Positions 1-12,800 of a DNA stretch of 64,000 nt are shown here, one piece after another. The DNA lies in NCBI GenBank assembly GCA_002104945.1, contig MCFH01000072.1, positions 169,646 to 233,645 on the forward strand. The letters are read 5' to 3'. Position numbers and translations under genes: made by a program. Position 1 is the first letter of the stretch. Each line of letters starts with the position of its first letter. Below the pieces are notes generated by a model. That model saw only the letters and a list, made by a program, of their open reading frames with translations, did no database searches and had not been told where the DNA came from. This DNA is from Piromyces finnis finn (taxonomy: Eukaryota; Fungi; Neocallimastigomycota).

Positions 1-821
1 TATTTTAAAATTTAACAATTTAATAATAAAAAAAATTAAAAGATTTTAAAATCAAATTTTAAATCTTTTAATTTTTTTTATTCTTTTCTTTTTTTTTTTG
101 TACCATATCCTTAAAATTATTTATTCCTATTTATTCATTGGAATTATAACAAATAACAACAGTCAATTCAATAAAATTATTATAACAAGGATAAAATATA
201 TTTGAATTATTTTTTATTCAAATTTAAAGATAAAAATAAATATAAAAAATTTTCAAAAATTTAGAATAAAGAAAAAGAATAAAATTGAATACATACGATT
301 TATAAACATTAAAAAGTAATTTTAAAAAAAAATCTTGGTAATATAAAAAATATTTTAAATTGCGGGATTCATATACAAAAAGTAAATAAAAATTACAGAT
401 TAAAAGCATTTTATAATATAAATAAGTTATTTATATTTTGTTTTAATATAAATAAAATAAACCAATTCAAGTAAACGAAGAAACAAGGGATTGCCAAATA
501 TAAATAGAAATAAAAAGAGAATAAAACAATTGAAAAAGAAAATTAAAGTGAATTACCCCATTTTTTTTATTTATTTAATAAGAAATTAAAATTATTACAA
601 ATCAGTATTTAATTATTTGAAATTGTAAAATAAATAATATTATATACATTATACTAATATTAAAAGGTAATAAATTGTTTATTATATATATATTATTCAA
701 ATATTTAAATATAGTAATACTTATTAATTTGTTAATTATAATTTAATTATAAAATATATTTTTACATTTATAATAAAAATAAATATCTATTTTATTTCAA
801 AGTATACAAACAAATTAAATT

Positions 822-2367
822 ATGGATAATTTAAAAATTGTTGGTTTTTTATGGTGTATTAATAACTATTCAAAACTACCAGATACTGAAATTTTTAGTC
901 AATGTTTTTGGAGTAGTGGTCAAAGCTGGAGATTAAGTATCTATCCAAAGGGTATAAAAGATAAAAGTGATGATTATCTTTCTGTATTTTTAGAGGCAGT
1001 TCCATCAACTAATTTTAAAGAAACGACATGGAAAACAGACACATTTTCAGCTACTTTCTTTTTAAGAACAGAACCAGACGCTCCAGTTGATATAGTTAGA
1101 CGTGCTAGTAAATCAGCACAAGAATTTACATCAAGTAATCCATCATGGGGTTTTTTACGTTTTTGTGAACTGGAAAGACTTTATTCTTTAATGAAAAATG
1201 ATCAATTAGTAGTGGGTATAACAATTCGTTCAATTCCTTCAAATAATAATTTATCTATACCAAAGGAAATATCTAATTCAAATCAAAGATATAATTATTC
1301 AAATCGTGGAAATTTAAATAACAGTAATTCCATTGAAAAATTTGTAAATCTTCGTCATTCATCATCATCAGTTTCTCTTTCTAATGATACATCTTCTAAC
1401 AACAATATAAATTACCCTCAAGTAAAAGCAAAAACAAACGGTGAAATAGAATATCTTTGTAGTCCACCATCTTCTCCCACTTTATCAAGCAAACCAAAAT
1501 TCGTTAATAATTCCCTTTTTGATGCTAATCCAATGGTAATATTAAAAAAAATATATTTTTTTTATCCGTCATAAACAAATATTCTAATTATTAATATTAA
1601 TTTTAAATAGAATAAATATCGTCCATCAACTATTGAATTACCTCCAGCTTACGAAAATGAGGTATATTTAATCCAAATAGAAAATGAAGTAAAATTATTT
1701 TGTCCTCATCTTGACCGTATGTTCCGCGTTGTTAAAGAATTTGAATCTGAATTTAACAATGATAAAACTGCTGACGTCCAATTAATTATTGAAGGAAAAT
1801 GTATTTATGCACATAAAATTATATTAAGTGCTAGAAGTAACTATTTTAAAGCAATGTTTGATTCAGGAATGTGTGAATCAGGTAAAATTTTTATATTTGA
1901 AATTTTAATATTAAAAAAAAAAAAATATATATATATATATTAATATATATATTATGCTTTTAATTATCAATATAGAATCTTCAAAAATAACAATTACAGA
2001 TTTTAAATATTCAACAATTGAATCATTAATAAAGTTTTTATATTCAGTAAAAACCGAGATTAACGATGATCTTAATGATCTTATTGATTTATATCGTGCT
2101 GCTGATAAATATCAATTAGAATCATTAATGAATTATATTCATCAATCTATTTGCTCTAGAATAACTTGTCAAAATGCATGCTCAGTATTAAGTGAAATTT
2201 ATTGTTTCCCTCGTCTTGAAAAGTCATGTTTAGAATTCATTGCTCAACACTTGAGTACTATCTATTCAACACCAGATTTTCGTAACTTACTTTCTGGTGG
2301 ATATGAAGAATCATTAACAACCCTTTTTGGAATGTTAGCCATAGGACCAAACTTTAATAATTCATGA
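822..2367 (+). CDS. MATH-BTB (SPOP-like) Cullin-3 substrate adaptor; exons 822-1535, 1611-1881, 1976-2367
   Basis: N-terminal MATH motif (WRLSIYPKG...YLSVFL...SWGFLRFC) and BTB motif (ADVQLIIEGKCIYAHKIILSARSNYFKAMF...AADKYQLESL). The GT-AG introns join the three ORFs in frame. Confidence 0.9.
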
Positions 2368-3262
2368 AAAATTAATATAGTAAATAATTTCCATCGAAAA
2401 TAATATAAATATTATTTCTTCGACTTAATAGCCTATTTATTTTACTATAATTTAATCATTATCAAAACACATCGCATAAATAGTTAGCTATAAATTGTAA
2501 ATTTCAAAATTTTGTTATATAAAATAAATAAAAATAAAATATTAAAAAATAATTGTGGCTTTATTATTATTAATGTAATACAAATATTTAAATACTTGTA
2601 TTATAGATTATAGATTATAAAATTTTCTATATACATAAAACAAATCAATGGCAAAAGATACAAATTATATTTAATTAAATAATAGAAAAAGAATAATAGT
2701 AAAAATATATTTTTACTATTTTATATAAATATTATTGATGATTAATATTTATTTTTTTCTAAAATCTTATAATATTACATAGTATAATTTTTTATTTTTA
2801 ATTTTTTATACCAAAAAAAAATTTAATTTTTTTGAAAAAAGATGAAAAATTAAAATATTTCTTTTCGATATTATTGATTATTAACCAATCATATTTAAAG
2901 ATTGAAAGTTTTAAAAAATATGAAAATAATAGTTTTTAAAATTCAAAATTGCGATTAATAAAAAAAAAAAAAATTACTGTTTTTTTTTTAAAAAAAAAAA
3001 GTAAATATTAAAATTAATGTAAAAATAAATATAATTACTATATATTTTAAATAAAAACCAAGGAGTACATTATTATTATTATATTTAATAATAAAAGCAA
3101 ATTTCTTTTTAATAATAAATTAATATACATAAAATATTAGAGAATGATATATTAATCTTTAAAATATTTTTTTATAAATAATAATAATTTATTTTATCAT
3201 AATATTTATTATAAATGATTTCAATGAACAAAAAAAAAAAACAATAAAAATGATAATAAAGA

Positions 3263-4937
3263 ATGTCTTCTGAACAACAACCAGCTAAAGCCGTTGATGC
3301 CGTATTCGTTGAATCTGAAAAGGTTCCAGACGGTACCCCAATTACTAAAGGTTATGATTTTGATAATGGTATTAATTATGAAGAACTTTTCAAATCTTAT
3401 GCCACTACTGGTTTCCAAGCTACTCACATTAGTCGTGCAGTTGACCAAATTAACCAAATGGTAAATAAAATATATTATTACTATTATTCATTTATATAAA
3501 ATTGAAATAATATAAATTTATCTTTATAAATAATAAGTAATTTATTAAAAATTCTAAATTTATTTAATATATATATTTTATGATTTATCTATTAATAGTT
3601 AAACTGGAGACTCTCTCAAGAACCAATTGAAGCTGATGAAACTGATGAATTCAAGGACCCAGAAGTTAGAAAAAACACTAAATGTACTATATTTTTAGGT
3701 TATACCTCAAACTTAATTTCTTCTGGTTTAAGAGAAGTTTTCAGATTCCTTGTTAAACACAACATGGTAATTTATTTTTTTAATAATAACAATTAAAATA
3801 AAAAAAAAAAAAATTAAAAAAAATGTCATTTTAAATAGTTACATTTATTAATTAAATATTAATAAATATAATAAAAAGGTTAGTTGCATTGTTACTACTG
3901 CTGGTGGTGTTGAAGAAGATTTCATTAAATGTTTAGGTCCAACTTACATGGGTGAATTCAGTTACAAGGGTGAAACCTTAAGAAAGAAGGGTTTAAACAG
4001 AATTGGTAATTTATTAGTTCCAAATGATAATTACTGTAAATTTGAAGATTGGATTATGCCAATTTTAGACCAAATGTTAAAGGAACAAAAAGAAGATGTA
4101 AGTTTATCATGTAAATATTTTTTTTTAACATTATAAGTATGTATATATTTAACATTATATACTTATTAATAATAGAATGTTATCTGGTCACCATCAAAAT
4201 TCATTCACAGACTTGGTAAGGAAATTAATAATGAAGATTCAGTTTATTACTGGGCTTACAAGGTAATGATAATAAAAAAATAAAAATTATTTATTTTTGC
4301 AATTTTTGTTTTAAATATGTTAAAAGTAAGGAAAGAAATGTAAAAATATTAATTTTTATAAATAATTTTAACAAATAGAACAATATTCCAGTCTTTTGTC
4401 CAGCTGTTACTGATGGTTCTTTAGGTGATATGATTTTCTTCCACTCTTACCGTAACCCAGGTCTTATTATGGATATTGCTCAAGATATTAGAAAAATTAA
4501 TAGTATGGCCGTTCGTGCTAAGAAATCTGGTATCATTATTCTTGGTGGTGGTGTTATCAAACATCATATTGCTAATGCCAATTTAATGGTAAATAATTTA
4601 TGAAATAAAGCGAAAAAATTATAAGAATTAGTTTTAAATACATGAATTGGTAAAAAGAAATCTAATTAAATTATTATATTATATAATTATATACATAAAG
4701 CGTAATGGTGCTGATTATTCAGTTTACATTAACACTGCTAATGAATTTGATGGTAGTGATGCTGGTGCTTCACCAGATGAAGCTGTTTCTTGGGGTAAGA
4801 TTCGTTTAAATGCTCATCCAGTTAAGGTTTGCTGTGAAGCCACTACTATTTTCCCATTCATCGTTGCTCAAACTTTCGCTAAATATTACTTTGAACATAA
4901 AGATGAATTTCAAAAGGAAGAAGAACAAAAGAATTAG
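3263..4937 (+). CDS. DYS1: Deoxyhypusine synthase, 6 exons
   Basis: [85 protein letters not shown] (catalytic Lys present). Exons splice in frame. Confidence 0.97.
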
Positions 4938-5496
4938 ATTAAATTGAAGTAAAAAATATATATTTTACTAAAACAAACAAACAAACATTAAATATATATA
5001 GACATTTTAAATTGAAGAGAAAATCTATTAAAATTTTTTAAATTAGGTTTATTTATTTTTTAAAATAATAGAATACTTGATATTTACATTTTCTTTATTA
5101 AATTATATCCATATATATTAAGTAGATTTATTTATTTAGAATTAGATGTTAATTATTAAATAATTAAATAATTAATTTCTAATAAATTATATATTAATAA
5201 AAAGAATATAAATATAAAATGAATATTTTTATATTAGTAACATTATAAGTAATATAATTTTATTAATTTGTGTTTTTATTTTTATTTTTATTTTTTTGTT
5301 TTTAATATTTATTATCAAAAATGTTGGTTTTATTAAATGCTATATATCAAAATTTATTGAAAGAAAAAAATAAAAAAAAAAAAAATCTAAAAGTAAAATA
5401 TAAATTTCAAAACTAATTTAAAAAAATTAATATAAAGAAAAAATAGTTTTTATATTGTTTTATAAATGTAAACTAAACAAAAATTTATGTATTGCA

Positions 5497-8400
5497 TTAT
5501 TCTTTAAGCAATTTTATAATTTGACTTTGCTTAGATAATGATAATAATGGACCAATGGTAGCTAATATTGCTGAAACAATACAACATCCAACAACAACTA
5601 GTATTAATATGTATGGGAATGAGAAAGATAATGGTATATGAATAAATTCAGTTCTTTGTTTCATTATAGTAATTCCTAAAATGTATCCAACAATGATCTA
5701 AAGAAAAAAAAAATAAATAAATAAAAAAATTTATTGATTTTATAAATATTATTATATTTGAATTATTATTATTATTATTTCTAAATTTTATATAGATAAG
5801 AAAACCTACACCAAGAATACCAGCACTCATTAAAATGGTAAATCCTTCATAAATGTAAATTTTTATTAAACTAAATCTATTTACACCAAGTGACCTTAAA
5901 ATACCAATTTCTTGTTTTTGTTCCATTATATTCATATACATAATATTACTTAAACTGAAGAACGCAATTAAAGAGAATGCTACAGTGATAACACTAAAAG
6001 CATAATTAAGAATTGTTCTAACATCTTCAGTAAATTCTAATTCATCATCTAATGTCTCTACATTGACACGCATATTAAAGACTGTTAACATTTGGGATTT
6101 GATTTTCTTTTTAATTTCTTTAGTGATATTTGCATTATATGAAATTATCATATATTGAAGAATTATATCCTTCATGGAGGTATAGAACTCTTTTCCTAAT
6201 TCATACATACCAGGGAATGAAACTAATGAGGATAAACCACTCGCCATAACTTTAGACATATCTACAAGTGGAGCAGATTCTAAATAAGATAAAGGTTGAA
6301 CTTCTCTCCAACAATAAGTTTCATTACTGAAAATATATTTTATTAATAATTTATCATCAAATTTTCCTTCCATTACAAATTCATCTTTATATGCGACTGG
6401 GTAAATCATACGATTATCACCTTCATATGAGTAAAGTTGCTCTGTTTGTATAGACGTTAATTGATTCGTCATTTCATTTGTGGGATATAAAAATTTTGTC
6501 TTTCCAAAAGAAGTACTTACCACATCAAAAAAGTTTGGGCTTATTGCTCTTATATGAGTTCGATAAGGATCAACACGACCAATATTAGATATTTTTATAT
6601 CACTTATATTTTTATTTTTATATACAAAATGATCCGATAAATAAGCCCAATCATTTACCTCTGGTATTGAACTTAAATATTCTTCTGCTGCCTTTAATTG
6701 TAACCAAAAACTACCAGTATTATAAATATTTTGAATATATATTCGAGCGTCTGCACCAATTTTTGCTCTGGCACTATTTGATATAATTATTATATTAACA
6801 AAAAAAAAAAAAAAAAAGTATTATTTTTAAAAATAACAAAAAGAAAAATATATAATTTTAAATATTTATTTTATATCTATATTTTTTATAATCATATATA
6901 ATTATTATTATATTAATAATATTTTAATTTTTATTTCAACTTACTTATATTCCATTGTATTTAATTCAACATCCGATACAGATTGTAAGAATATAATGCA
7001 TGTAATACTCATAGCAAACATTAAAGCTGTCTTTTTATTTTTAAGTCTATGACTTAATAAATTTTTTTTTGTAAGAATACTAATTCCTTTTTTTTCCCAA
7101 AAGTTTATGAAAAAGACGATATACAATACTATTCGTTCTACTATTGGTTGTAAATTCAATGATAATGTTATCATACCAAAAAGCATACATAACAAAACCG
7201 CAAATAAAATAGTTAAAACATTAGCAATATTCATACTAATTAATGATGCTGGTAAAAAGTAACATAATAACCCTCCAATAAGAGAAAAAGATCCACCAAC
7301 AGCAATTAACGTTTTATTAGCTTTAATTGTTTTATAAAATTTATTCTCGACTGTAATAATATATCCATTAAGATTATGACGACGATCCAATGAATCTCTA
7401 ATATTAGATGACAACGCTTTTCTAATTGGGAAATACGAGGCTATAATTGGTACACATAGACCTAAACCAATACCACATAATACTGCTTTAAATGATAATA
7501 TTGGTGTAATAGAATGTTTTAATGTGGTTTCAATTAGTGGTTGGAAATATATAATTAATACTTGGGCCGTAATAAATGCTAATGCGGTTCCCGGAAGACT
7601 ATATGAAATGCCTTGAACCTTTTTTTTTTTTAGTTTAAAATAAATAATATAATTAACATAGTAAATAAGATATAAGTTTTTGGTTAAATAGCTAAATTAA
7701 AGCAATCATTTTGTATAAATTATAATAAATCCAAATATTAATAATTACCAATATCATAAATATCATATTTTTTCTTTTCATTCCCACCATTCTTTGAATA
7801 CCTAATTGATGTGTTTTTGATTCAACAGATACCATCATAAGACAATTAATTAAAAATATCGATAATAATGCTAATAAAAGTACAATGATTGTAAATGTTA
7901 AATTTAAAAATGATGCCATTGTTGAATTTTCTTTAAATTCTTTTAAAACGTCTAAAGATGTATATATTTCATGAAAACCAAGATACCATGCGATTTTTGA
8001 ACTCCATTGAATAACATCTTTCGCAATTTTATCGAAGGATTGTCCTAAATACCAGGAACTTCTAGGACCTGGTAAATTAAAAACAACATCATTAACATCT
8101 TCATAATATTTTTTATCAGTTTGTAATTTAAACATTAATGGGTAAGCTTCTATTTCAGCAAAAGATAATTCATTATCACGTATACGCATTTCTGCAATTT
8201 TTTGGTGAATTTCAGCAACATCCTGGAAAAAAGTTGTCATTTCAATAATTGCAATATAATTATTACTCGTAGATCCAAATTTGCACGAGGCACCACTAAT
8301 TGAAAAAATATCTTCTATTTTATATGGTATAGAATATATGATTGCATCAATATTTGCTCTTATGTTTGTAAAAACTTCATTAAATGCAACTGCGTACATG

Positions 8401-9128
8401 TCTCTAGTACTAAATGATAGTATTATTGTATCATTAACTTTAACTTTTAAATCATCTGCTAATGTATCACTGATGAGAATCTTCCCATTGGAAGGATATT
8501 TATAATTCCAATTCTTACAAATTTCCAATTTTTTTTCCTTTTCCATATCTAATATATATGTACTGATCTGATGATTTCGAGAGCAATCATTCAATAAATA
8601 ATTACGGGATTGATACCATTTTTTATGACTATATACAACATAATCAATAGGGTTGTTTAATGAGGAATTATATGAGGAACAACTTAATAAATTATGAGCA
8701 TATGCATTTCCATTTTTCCATCTAGGAGTATGTAATTGATATTTTTTTGGTAAATTACTGTCAATCACATTAGCTACTTTAGTGTAATTTATTGGTGCTT
8801 TAAAAGGAAGTTTTATATCCATATCAATTTCACCTGAATTTTGTTCACTTAATACTAAAAAAATAATTGGTGAGAATTTCAAGCACATAATTAAAAGAAT
8901 AACAATAAATACTACTAAATAAATAGAGCAACATCCTATTAAAAAGTGACCCTTTTTACTTTTATGATCTCTTATACTAAGTCTAGTATAAAGACTTACG
9001 TCACTTATAAAATTATTAAATTTTTTAACATATCCTTTTTTTTCTGTCCCATCTTTTTCTTCTTTTACTATTGTATTTTCACTATTTTTAAGAACATAAT
9101 TTATTTTATTGTTTTTTATATCATCCAT
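5497..9128 (-). CDS. FtsX/MacB-like (type VII ABC) permease with two FtsX-type TM domains and no NBD; 4 exons, about 1,100 aa
   Basis: Two repeats of (TM - large extracytoplasmic domain - FtsX motif): MVSVESKTHQLGIQRMVGM and MNIMEQKQEIGILRSLGV. The terminal exon IIVGYILG...SQIIKLLKE* ends at 5497. The introns join ORFs 7692-9128, 6941-7414 and 5648-6523. Confidence 0.8.
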
Positions 9129-9897
9129 TTATTTATATTTTATATAAATTTAATTAATTATAATATTTATATTATGCGTATGAATTTATTTCTATAAATT
9201 TATTATTTATATGCAGTGTTTTTTTTTTTTAATTAGAAAAATAATGAAAATCTATAATTCAATAAATATTTATAATCTTATTTAAATGTTTATTGTATTA
9301 AAGGTATTAGTAATCATATTTAAAACAAAAACTTTTTTATTTATTCAAGTAATTATTGTAATTTATTTTGCTCTATATGATTTCTAAATAATATGAATTA
9401 TAGAAAAGTAGATAAAAAAAAAATCTTCTATATTAATAAAAATAAATTTTAATAAAAATTTTATTTATTTATTATATTTTTTAATTAATTATTTTTTCTT
9501 CTATTTTTTTTTTTTTTAAATTTTTAAAAAACAAAACAAAGTATAATTAAAATATATTAAATTATAATTTTATTTTTTTTTCTTTTTTTGAATAAAATTA
9601 AAATTATTTTACACTATATAATACCAATAATATAATTGAATAATATAATTGGTAATAATCTTTATTCCGAAGTAATTTTAAATAAAAAAGAACTTTATTG
9701 AAATTGATGCTATTATTTAATATTTTTTTTCAAAGGAGTTTTTCATAAAAAAAAAAGTAATTCTTTTTAAATATAAATATATGATAAAGGTATATTGAAT
9801 TTTAAGTATGAAATATATCATAAATGTAAATTTTATTTATAATTTATGTAATTATTCCAATAAAGCAAATATATTATTATGATCTTTTATTAATTAA

Positions 9898-12800
9898 TTA
9901 ATCCACAACTTCAACATTTTCTGGTAGCTCAGTAATAAATTTTATTATCCAAATTCTTGAATAAGTGTTGCAATAACCTTCTACGGGTTCTTTCTCAGGC
10001 TCTCTACAATTAAAAGTACTACCAATATCCCATATTATTCCCCCTTTTAAAACTACCTTATAACATGTTTCAATAGTTTCTGGATTAAATGTTTTTAAGG
10101 TGATTACTGATGTAGATGTATTTTGATTTCCTTTTGCGGAACTATGAGGTTTTGAAGATACTTCTGGATTATTTTGTTGCGTATTAGTTGATATATAATT
10201 GATATTAGTTGAATTATTAGTTTCATCATTATTTATTTGATTATTTTCAATTTTATTATCTAATTGATCTGATTTCAAATTGGTATTATTATTATCATTT
10301 ATTAATATACTTTTACTTTTATTATTATTAATTAAATTCTGATAATCATCTGTTAAAAATTTAAAATCAGGGTTTTTCAGTATATTTTTATTAATATGAT
10401 TTGATAAATCAATTCCTTCTTTAAAATAATTACTCCAAAAGTTTAATACTGGATCTAAAATTTTTACACTAATTTTCTTTACTCCTACGTTTTCAGATGA
10501 ACCACTACTTGGCTCAATAATAAATCTTCTTTTAGAATCATTATTCACTTCATCTAATGGTATTACTGTAACTGAACCATAATTATTAACAAAAAATGTA
10601 TTATTATATGGTTTTATACTGAACTCTGATGGAATAATTTTTTTATTTTCTGTTTTTACAAAAGATGGAACTTTTCCATTAACAATATTAAATTCTTTTG
10701 TGAATAATACATAAACAGTTTGATTATATTTTTGACTTAAAGATCTTGATATTTTCCAAATAAATTTTAATGTTTTGTATCGTGGATGAATAAAAGTTGA
10801 TACTAATGAAAGGGGTATTATATCATTAATTTCATTTGGATTAGTTTCACCTTTTTTATCTTTTGTTTTTGATACTTTCTTTGGTTCTTCTTCTATTACA
10901 TTATCTTTCATATTTTGAGTTAACGACATTGGATTATTGTGATTTGCATATACCTCTAATGGAGGAATAACAGGATCTTCAATATACAAATCAGAATTAT
11001 GATCAAATCCAGATAAATAAAATGAGTTTTGCCAACATCTTCCATTTACTCTAATTTTTTGATATTCCTTTATTCCAATGATTTCAATAAAAAAGAAGTC
11101 ATAATAATTATCACTCTCATGATCTGGTGAAAACTTAATACTAATTTCGATTTTATCCATAGAAGATACTTCACCTTCATATGAATTAAAATGAAATGGA
11201 GAAATAAAATTAATATTCGAAGTTCCATTGCTTATAATTTTTTCATTGGAATCTTCCTTATCATGTACTTTATATTTAATAGGAATTGCTGTTTGATTAT
11301 TTATTGTTAAAATTTGTGTTCCGATTTCACCAAGCATTATATCATTAAATTCAATGTTTTTTGGTTCTATGGATACCTTTGGTTCAATTCCAGTACCATT
11401 TAGTTCAAGTTTAATACAAGATGTTTCAGTATAAAACTCACATATTTCTTTATATAATACTGGTCTTATTGGTCTAAAGAGTATTTTTGCAACAAAAGTT
11501 GATTTTGGTGGTATTTCTCTTAAATAACAAACTAAATCAAAGGGTCCTACAGGATTAAGACATTTCATATTAATTTTTTTTGGTTCATTCGATTCATTTT
11601 TTATTGGGATATCATATATGCTTTCACTATTAAGTAAAACGTTGCCGAAAAATATTTTGGATTCTTTATTATCATTAATTAAATCTGGTTTAGTAATTGT
11701 AGTTGATACTAATAAATGAATTACAAATTCATCGTTCTGTTGATATTCTTTTTCATTTACATCAGTTTTCATTCCAAATGGTATCTTTAATTTTGATAAA
11801 TCAATATTAAAATTCTTATGTTGATTTATTTTACATGGAATTATAAAATCTAAATTTTTAACTATTGGTGATTTTTCTGGAATAGTAATAGTGGATATTG
11901 AATTATTACTAATCGGTTTATTAGGTGTCTTTTTATTTTTTATGACTTTTTGATTAGATGACTGAGCTTGATTAGAAGAAGTAGCATTTATAGTACCTTC
12001 TTTTTTCATATTAACTTTTTTTTCATTACTTTCCTCAAAATGTACTGTTCCAATATTCTTCAATTCATCTTCAGACATACCACCTTCTATATTATAATCA
12101 GATTCTGATGGGAAAAATGAAATATCAAGATATTCATAATCAAGAGGCTTTAATGTACCCTCCTGAGGGGTGATTCTAATGCAATTATATATTCTATTTT
12201 TATTTTCTATTGGTATATCAGTAATTAATTTCTTACTTAAGTCAATTTCTTGTGCCTTAAAGAGCACAGGCATTCCAAATTTAAAATCAAACATACTTTG
12301 AGATTTAAAATTATCAGAATTTTTCCAATTATTGCCATCATTATGTATCATACCAATATATGTAGTATTAACTTTTCCAATAGATGTTGTAGACAATTTG
12401 ATATAATTCTCTGATAACCTAAGAGCTGATTGAACACCATTTCCAGTACACATTATTTCAAATTTTAACCCATGATCCGTATATCCTATAATTTTCATAT
12501 TACTTCCATTATATTTTATTGTTTCTAATGGTTGAAATATTAAATATACCTCAATAACTTCACGAGACTTTAATTTAATTATTGGTTTATTTTGAGAGTT
12601 TAATACTGATAAAACAGGATTCTTTGATTGGAAATATAATTTTTGAGGTAAAAGTGAATTATTTGTGATTTTAATTGGAAAATATCCTTTTTCACATATG
12701 GAAATATTTTTAAAATCTATTAATCCATTAGGTTCTACTTTTATTCCAACAGATGTAATTCTTCCTTTTAACAAAATTGGTATAGGACATTTGACATTAC

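Noticed and set aside
95-112. Minus-strand ATG|GTACAA that could be an ATG-only first exon of a gene leaving the window
   Set aside because: No downstream exon is visible within the window, so it cannot be supported.
224-409. Short hydrophobic ORFs in spacers (also 33350-33607, 52882-53073, 53504-53734, 8946-9197)
   Set aside because: F/I/L/Y-rich translations of AT-rich DNA with no motif or splice support.
1662-1680. Possible 19-nt GT...AG mini-intron in MATH-BTB
   Set aside because: Read-through is open and in frame with the BTB; removal would frameshift.
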